Shown here one piece after another: positions 59,624 to 64,000 of a stretch of 64,000 nt of DNA (positions within the stretch are counted from its first letter, which is position 1; every line of letters begins with the position of its first letter). The stretch comes from an uncultured bacterium (GTDB taxonomy: Bacteria > Zixibacteria > MSB-5A5 > UBA10806): the NCBI GenBank assembly GCA_965541585.1, contig CBEUCH010000002.1, positions 64,001-128,000 of the forward strand, written 5' to 3'. The position numbers and the translations under genes were made by a program. A model generated the notes under the pieces. That model had not been told where the DNA came from and did no database searches. It saw only the letters and a list, made by a program, of their open reading frames with translations.

Positions 59624-59809
59624 ATGAACAGACAAAAAGAGTATGTATCGCTGGAGATCTCCGGGGAAAAACTGGAGAGAATCGTAAGCATCTTGAGAGA
59701 TAAGCTTCTGGACGAATTCTGGCCGAATATCTCCGAAGGGCCGGAACGGGAGAGGATCAAATCGCGGCTCGAGGAGAGCATCCTCTCGGCATTCGACGAG
59801 TCCGCTTGA
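59624..59809 (+). CDS. Small helical hypothetical protein (61 aa)
   Basis: GGGAGG RBS before the ATG at 59624; amphipathic charged sequence. Confidence 0.6.
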   Translation: MNRQKEYVSLEISGEKLERIVSILRDKLLDEFWPNISEGPERERIKSRLEESILSAFDESA

Positions 59810-60072
59810 GATGCGGATGTAAGAAAGAACTACATTAACATCCCCTGCCATCGTTGTCTGAACTCGGGATAACCTTTTAAATAGCATAGAATTATAAGGT
59901 TTTGCGTATAAAACGATACGCATTTCATAGGCAATAATGTAGTATTGACATAATAGCCTATAAATCTCTATCTTTTTACCTCGGCGGCTTTTTGCATTTG
60001 CGTCGCCGGGAAACCTGCAATTTATGCGCATTATGTTAAAAAGATAGTTCCAAACTTAGAAAGGAAAGCAAG

Positions 60073-61140
60073 ATGGAAAAATATGCATTTCGCTTAGCTC
60101 TGCCAGTTCTCATTCTGACTTTTGCATTATCAATTAATGTTTTGGGGTCAGAGTTTCTGATACAAAACAATGAGATAGAGAGGGCCAAAAAACAGGTAAA
60201 GGGGGATTTTTTACCAAGAGAGCTTGGGCAATCATTTAATGCCCCCAAGGGCTACCCTAAAAAAGATGATCACAGCAATCCCCTGATAACTGATTATGTC
60301 TATATTGATCCTGATGATAGCCCATGGTGGACTGGCACGGTCGCTAGGACAGTTGCCGGTGATTATGTTGACAATGATGGAGATATAGTATGTGGCGATT
60401 TTGCCTATGGGCTTTGGCGGTATCGAGGTTATGCCGTTTTTAACATCTCAAACATTCCTGATAATGCTAGTATCGAAAGTATAGTTCTTAACAACTTTAC
60501 CTTTTCAGAGGGAAGTGATGATCATTGCCTCGCGATTACTGGTAACTTTGAATGCGATCCACGTGTTGTTGGAGGTCAAATTCTATGGAATTGTCTTGTG
60601 AGCGGAACAACATTTCACAATAACACTTGCCTTGATTGGGGACGCTATGAGGGAGCTCATTGGGACGATCTAAACAATTTTGCAATTAACAACCTTCAGC
60701 AAACCCTTCAGACGGGTCAAGATTGGTGGGCTCTTGGCTTCATTGAGCCGGGCGACGATGCTGGAGCTGCATGGTTTTCAGGTCACGAGTATGAATGGCC
60801 TTGGGCCAGAGTAAATTACGATATACCTAATGCTATCCCGCCGGGCGATGAACATAATCAGGATACAAACATTCCTCGTGCATTCGAGCTGTCTCAATCT
60901 TACCCCAACCCTTTCAACGCACAGACCACAATAGAATATGCCCTGCCTGAAGCCGCTCACGTCACCATCGAAATCTACAACCTGCTCGGCCGAAAGGCTG
61001 AAACCCTGGTTAATCAACACCAGCAGGCAGGCTATCACCAAATTACCTGGGATGCTTCCGAGGTTTGCTCAGGAGTTTACTTTTACAAGGTTCAAGCTGG
61101 GGATTTCATTGAAGCAAAGAAAATGCTGTTGCTGAAGTAA
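60073..61140 (+). CDS. Secreted protein with a secretion-system C-terminal domain
   Basis: Signal peptide; RGYAVFNISNIPDNASI segment (DNRLRE/CBM96-like); QSYPNPFN C-terminal domain. Confidence 0.8.
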   Translation: MEKYAFRLALPVLILTFALSINVLGSEFLIQNNEIERAKKQVKGDFLPRELGQSFNAPKGYPKKDDHSNPLITDYVYIDPDDSPWWTGTVARTVAGDYVDNDGDIVCGDFAYGLWRYRGYAVFNISNIPDNASIESIVLNNFTFSEGSDDHCLAITGNFECDPRVVGGQILWNCLVSGTTFHNNTCLDWGRYEGAHWDDLNNFAINNLQQTLQTGQDWWALGFIEPGDDAGAAWFSGHEYEWPWARVNYDIPNAIPPGDEHNQDTNIPRAFELSQSYPNPFNAQTTIEYALPEAAHVTIEIYNLLGRKAETLVNQHQQAGYHQITWDASEVCSGVYFYKVQAGDFIEAKKMLLLK

Positions 61141-61401
61141 GAAATTCGTGTGCCGCAATGATTCGGGCGGAATGCGGCCTACCAACATATGATATAGAAA
61201 TAAAAAATACGAACGCGGCTCTGTGTCGCGAACGTGAAAGTTCTTGACAGACGCTAATATATATTCCGATATTTCGTGGCAGAATTCTTCTGAGATTGTA
61301 CTGGACCGCGGGTCAGGCATTCCAATACGCCCGGCGGGAATCGCTTCCAGCTACAGGAGCCACATCGGTAGAGGATCGCTAACTTGCCTGAGGTAAGGCA
61401 C

Positions 61402-62067
61402 ATGATTATGGAAAGAACTTTTATTGCAGCTACAATCTGCCTGCTTTCAGGAGGTAATATCTTTGCACAGGATCCCGGTAGCCAGGATAGTATCATAATC
61501 GAAAGCGTTATAGTCGATTATCCGGTTGAGTCGATTCAAGTTCGCGTCTACGTAGTGACCGATGATCCCGTGGCCTGTTATAATCTCCCGATGAGATTTA
61601 CATCCACAGGGCAGGGTATAAACTTTGCTGATGTAAGATATTTAGCATCCGACTATGATTGGGATGAGAATTATGATGAATTCATGGTTGGGGATGATTA
61701 TTTGAGGATGATTGGATTCCATGATCTCGGCGACGATGATAATCCTCCGTTGCATACAAATTCGATTCGATTACACTACTTAAGTATCGATTTCAATGTC
61801 GAGCCGAGCGCACCCAGCCAGGTTATCTTTATCGATCCGGCAAACGACGATATAAACGGCCCGGTGCTCTTCGGGCTTACCGACGGGATAACCGGCTTTA
61901 CCCCCGCATTCGTCCCCGGCACAATAACCTACATAAGCCCCGCAGACGTTCCCACCCTCTCCGAATGGGGTATGATTATATTAGCGCTATTAATTCTGGC
62001 CACCGGCACAATAGCCGTAATTCGCAGGCGGGAAGAACTTCCCAAAAGAAACAATTATAATGATTGA
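61402..62067 (+). CDS. Cohesin-like domain protein with an IPTL-CTERM sorting signal
   Basis: Signal peptide; ~165-aa beta-rich domain ending FVPGTITY; VPTLSEWGMIILALLILATGTIAVIRRR (motif, TM helix, basic tail). Confidence 0.78.
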   Translation: MIMERTFIAATICLLSGGNIFAQDPGSQDSIIIESVIVDYPVESIQVRVYVVTDDPVACYNLPMRFTSTGQGINFADVRYLASDYDWDENYDEFMVGDDYLRMIGFHDLGDDDNPPLHTNSIRLHYLSIDFNVEPSAPSQVIFIDPANDDINGPVLFGLTDGITGFTPAFVPGTITYISPADVPTLSEWGMIILALLILATGTIAVIRRREELPKRNNYND

Positions 62068-62107
62068 GGCGCCTCGGGTTACAGCACCTAAACGCTCTTA
62101 TCAGAAT

Positions 62108-62755
62108 TCATTTCTGTGCAAGCTCGACGGGTGGCAGGCCGGTAGCGGCAAAAATATCTATATCGATCCTCTGTTTGTCATCGAGCTTCAATATCACAAA
62201 TTGCGGTCGCTTGATACTATACTCCGATAGCAAGATATCGAATGTGCCGACTATATGCAAAAGATCGCCGGGATGGCGCGCCCCGGTGGCCTCGGATTCC
62301 CTTATGTAGGTAACGGTCATAGGCACAACAATCCGTCTGGTTACGCCGTGAACAGAAAAATTACCCTCCAGTTTCAGTTCAACAGGCCTTTGATCCTGCA
62401 GTGTATTCTGAGTAGTTTCGATTACGCGCGTCATCTCGAATACTGTCTTGGGAAACATATCAGTTTCAAGATACTGCTCGCGCATATGCGAATCCCGTAG
62501 TCCGATACCTGTTTTTAAGCTGGTCAGATCTACCTCGATTCTTCCCTCCGTTGAACCCATGACGTCCCCGGGATCGACAGTGACGAATCCCATTACCTCG
62601 CCGGTCTTCCCGACAATTGTCTCCAGGGGTGCCTTGGAAGTGAAAGTCACTATGTCGCGTTTCGTTTCATCGTTGATATGAAATGTTAGGCTATTCTGAG
62701 CGCCGGCTCCGGAGCTGATCAACATTATAATCGGTGCGATTAGAATTTTGCTCAT
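62108..62755 (-). CDS. YceI family lipid/polyisoprenoid-binding protein
   Basis: SLKTGIGLRDSHMREQYLETDMFP and GNFSVHGVTR motifs; signal peptide. Confidence 0.9.
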   Translation of the reverse strand: MSKILIAPIIMLISSGAGAQNSLTFHINDETKRDIVTFTSKAPLETIVGKTGEVMGFVTVDPGDVMGSTEGRIEVDLTSLKTGIGLRDSHMREQYLETDMFPKTVFEMTRVIETTQNTLQDQRPVELKLEGNFSVHGVTRRIVVPMTVTYIRESEATGARHPGDLLHIVGTFDILLSEYSIKRPQFVILKLDDKQRIDIDIFAATGLPPVELAQK

Positions 62756-62892
62756 GGCAGTTCTCCCATTTTTGAGTCTGCGAATCATTCTCAATAACAT
62801 CGATTAATAGAACCCAGCCTTCGACTCTAATGTTCCTTCAGGCTTCATAATTGCCGCTTGACGAAGTTTGTATAATCTCCTAATCTACCGGC

Positions 62893-63570
62893 ATGGCGAG
62901 AATAAGCGTCGACCTGGAGCCGCTATGCCGTCTCTTTCCCGGTGGATCCGACCTTCAGAAGGCATTGGTCAAGAATAGCTTAGCAATCGAATCGGCGGGC
63001 GCTGACGGGGTGGTTGTAAGCACCGGCGAGGGTTACGATGCAGACCGCAAGAAGGCTCTTTCGATTCTGGCGGAAAGCCTCGAAATAAATCTCTCGGTCA
63101 AAACTACTTTAGATGAGCAGTGGATCGAGGCTCTGAGGGAGTTGAAACCGGCCATGGTTATCTTCTCGTTCGACGGGGATGACGATCGGCTCACCGGCGA
63201 TCTGGTTACCAGATTCCAGATCGAGAATATTCTGGTCGGGTGCGAGATCAGGCCTCAAATCGAGCTTGTTAAAACCGTCGGAAGGCTAAAGGGGGATTTT
63301 CTTATATTAGACTGCCAATCCTATTGCCAGGCGGAGACATTAAACGCCCGGGTAGAGGAGTTGAACAAAATCGCCAAAATGGCTGCCCTCGGTTCCAGGC
63401 TCTCTATGGGAGTGGTGGCGTCCGGCGATTTCGACAACCAGCGTCTGCTGAAGCTGGCATCGACGAAAACAATAGAGGAATTCTTTATCGGCCTGCCGAT
63501 TTTCGGCAATTCCCTTATTGGCGGATATAACCAGGCAATTAGATCCATTATCCCCATCATCTCAGATTAA
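62893..63570 (+). CDS. Divergent pyridoxine 5'-phosphate synthase (PdxJ)-like TIM-barrel protein, probably inactive
   Basis: Collinear similarity to PdxJ (ESAGADG, LKP, EELNKIAKMAALG..L, IEEFFIG), but the catalytic His/Arg/Glu motifs are absent. Confidence 0.7.
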   Translation: MARISVDLEPLCRLFPGGSDLQKALVKNSLAIESAGADGVVVSTGEGYDADRKKALSILAESLEINLSVKTTLDEQWIEALRELKPAMVIFSFDGDDDRLTGDLVTRFQIENILVGCEIRPQIELVKTVGRLKGDFLILDCQSYCQAETLNARVEELNKIAKMAALGSRLSMGVVASGDFDNQRLLKLASTKTIEEFFIGLPIFGNSLIGGYNQAIRSIIPIISD

Positions 63571-63833
63571 ATATAATTGTCAATATTCCCTTCTGATTTT
63601 TAAGTAAAATCAGTGGTTTTTTGATTTACATCGTGCCACATTCCGCTGTCCTGGATTAAAAAGGATCGAATCTTCCGGGAGGCTTTGAGGAACCTTCACA
63701 AATGAAATTAGAGGGAAGTGATTGAAGTGCTTCCCGGAGTTGCCGAATGTTACATTTACCTTGCCTGCCGGAGGGGACTTCTGCATAATGGCATAAGGAT
63801 GGAAATTACAATTATTTTAATAAGGAGTATCTG

Positions 63834-64000
63834 ATGTTCACCACGATTGACCATTTCAAGGCGGCTTGGACGAAGGAGTCCGGGAATACGAGAAAATTCA
63901 TGGAAGCTTTGACAGATGATTCACTGCGCCAGGCGGTAGTAGATGATCATCGCACCCTGGGTCGAATGGCCTGGCACATTGCGCAGTGTATTCCCGAGAT
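63834..64000 (+). CDS. DinB family protein, N-terminal fragment (runs off the window)
   Basis: TAAGGAG RBS; MFTTIDHFKAAWTKESGNT...RTLGRMAWHI. Confidence 0.8.
   Translation, partial: MFTTIDHFKAAWTKESGNTRKFMEALTDDSLRQAVVDDHRTLGRMAWHIAQCIPE

Overview
A gene-dense bacterial chromosomal window, mostly housekeeping genes: secA 3' part, secDF, rmlACBD, suhB, lipB, queG, pdxST, ispHG, ferritin, Fe-S assembly genes, arsM and a Rieske/cytochrome b/nonaheme cytochrome c operon. It also encodes many secreted proteins. Six end in a YPNPFN-type secretion-system C-terminal domain, two share a Cys-rich dockerin-like domain, and one has an IPTL-CTERM anchor. This repertoire suggests an FCB-affiliated lineage such as candidate Zixibacteria (inference only). 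I recognised no rRNA, tRNA, CRISPR array, transposase or reverse transcriptase. The best candidates for undescribed systems are: (1) an AT-rich, REP-flanked cassette at 32.1-33.9 kb encoding two small winged-helix-like proteins and a wHTH-HEPN-like protein, with its own operator, which may be an anti-phage or toxin module; (2) a possible cohesin/dockerin surface-assembly system without cellulases; (3) a WD40-lysine-rich-KAP NTPase; and (4) a putative sRNA or leader driven by an ECF promoter upstream of a SigR/SigH-like sigma factor. Other oddities are a catalytically degenerate PdxJ, an orphan hgcC-arsM pair, a Cys-rich insert in SecA, several REP-like and mini-palindrome families, and unannotated small ORFs. 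All family calls come from motif recognition by eye, not database searches.
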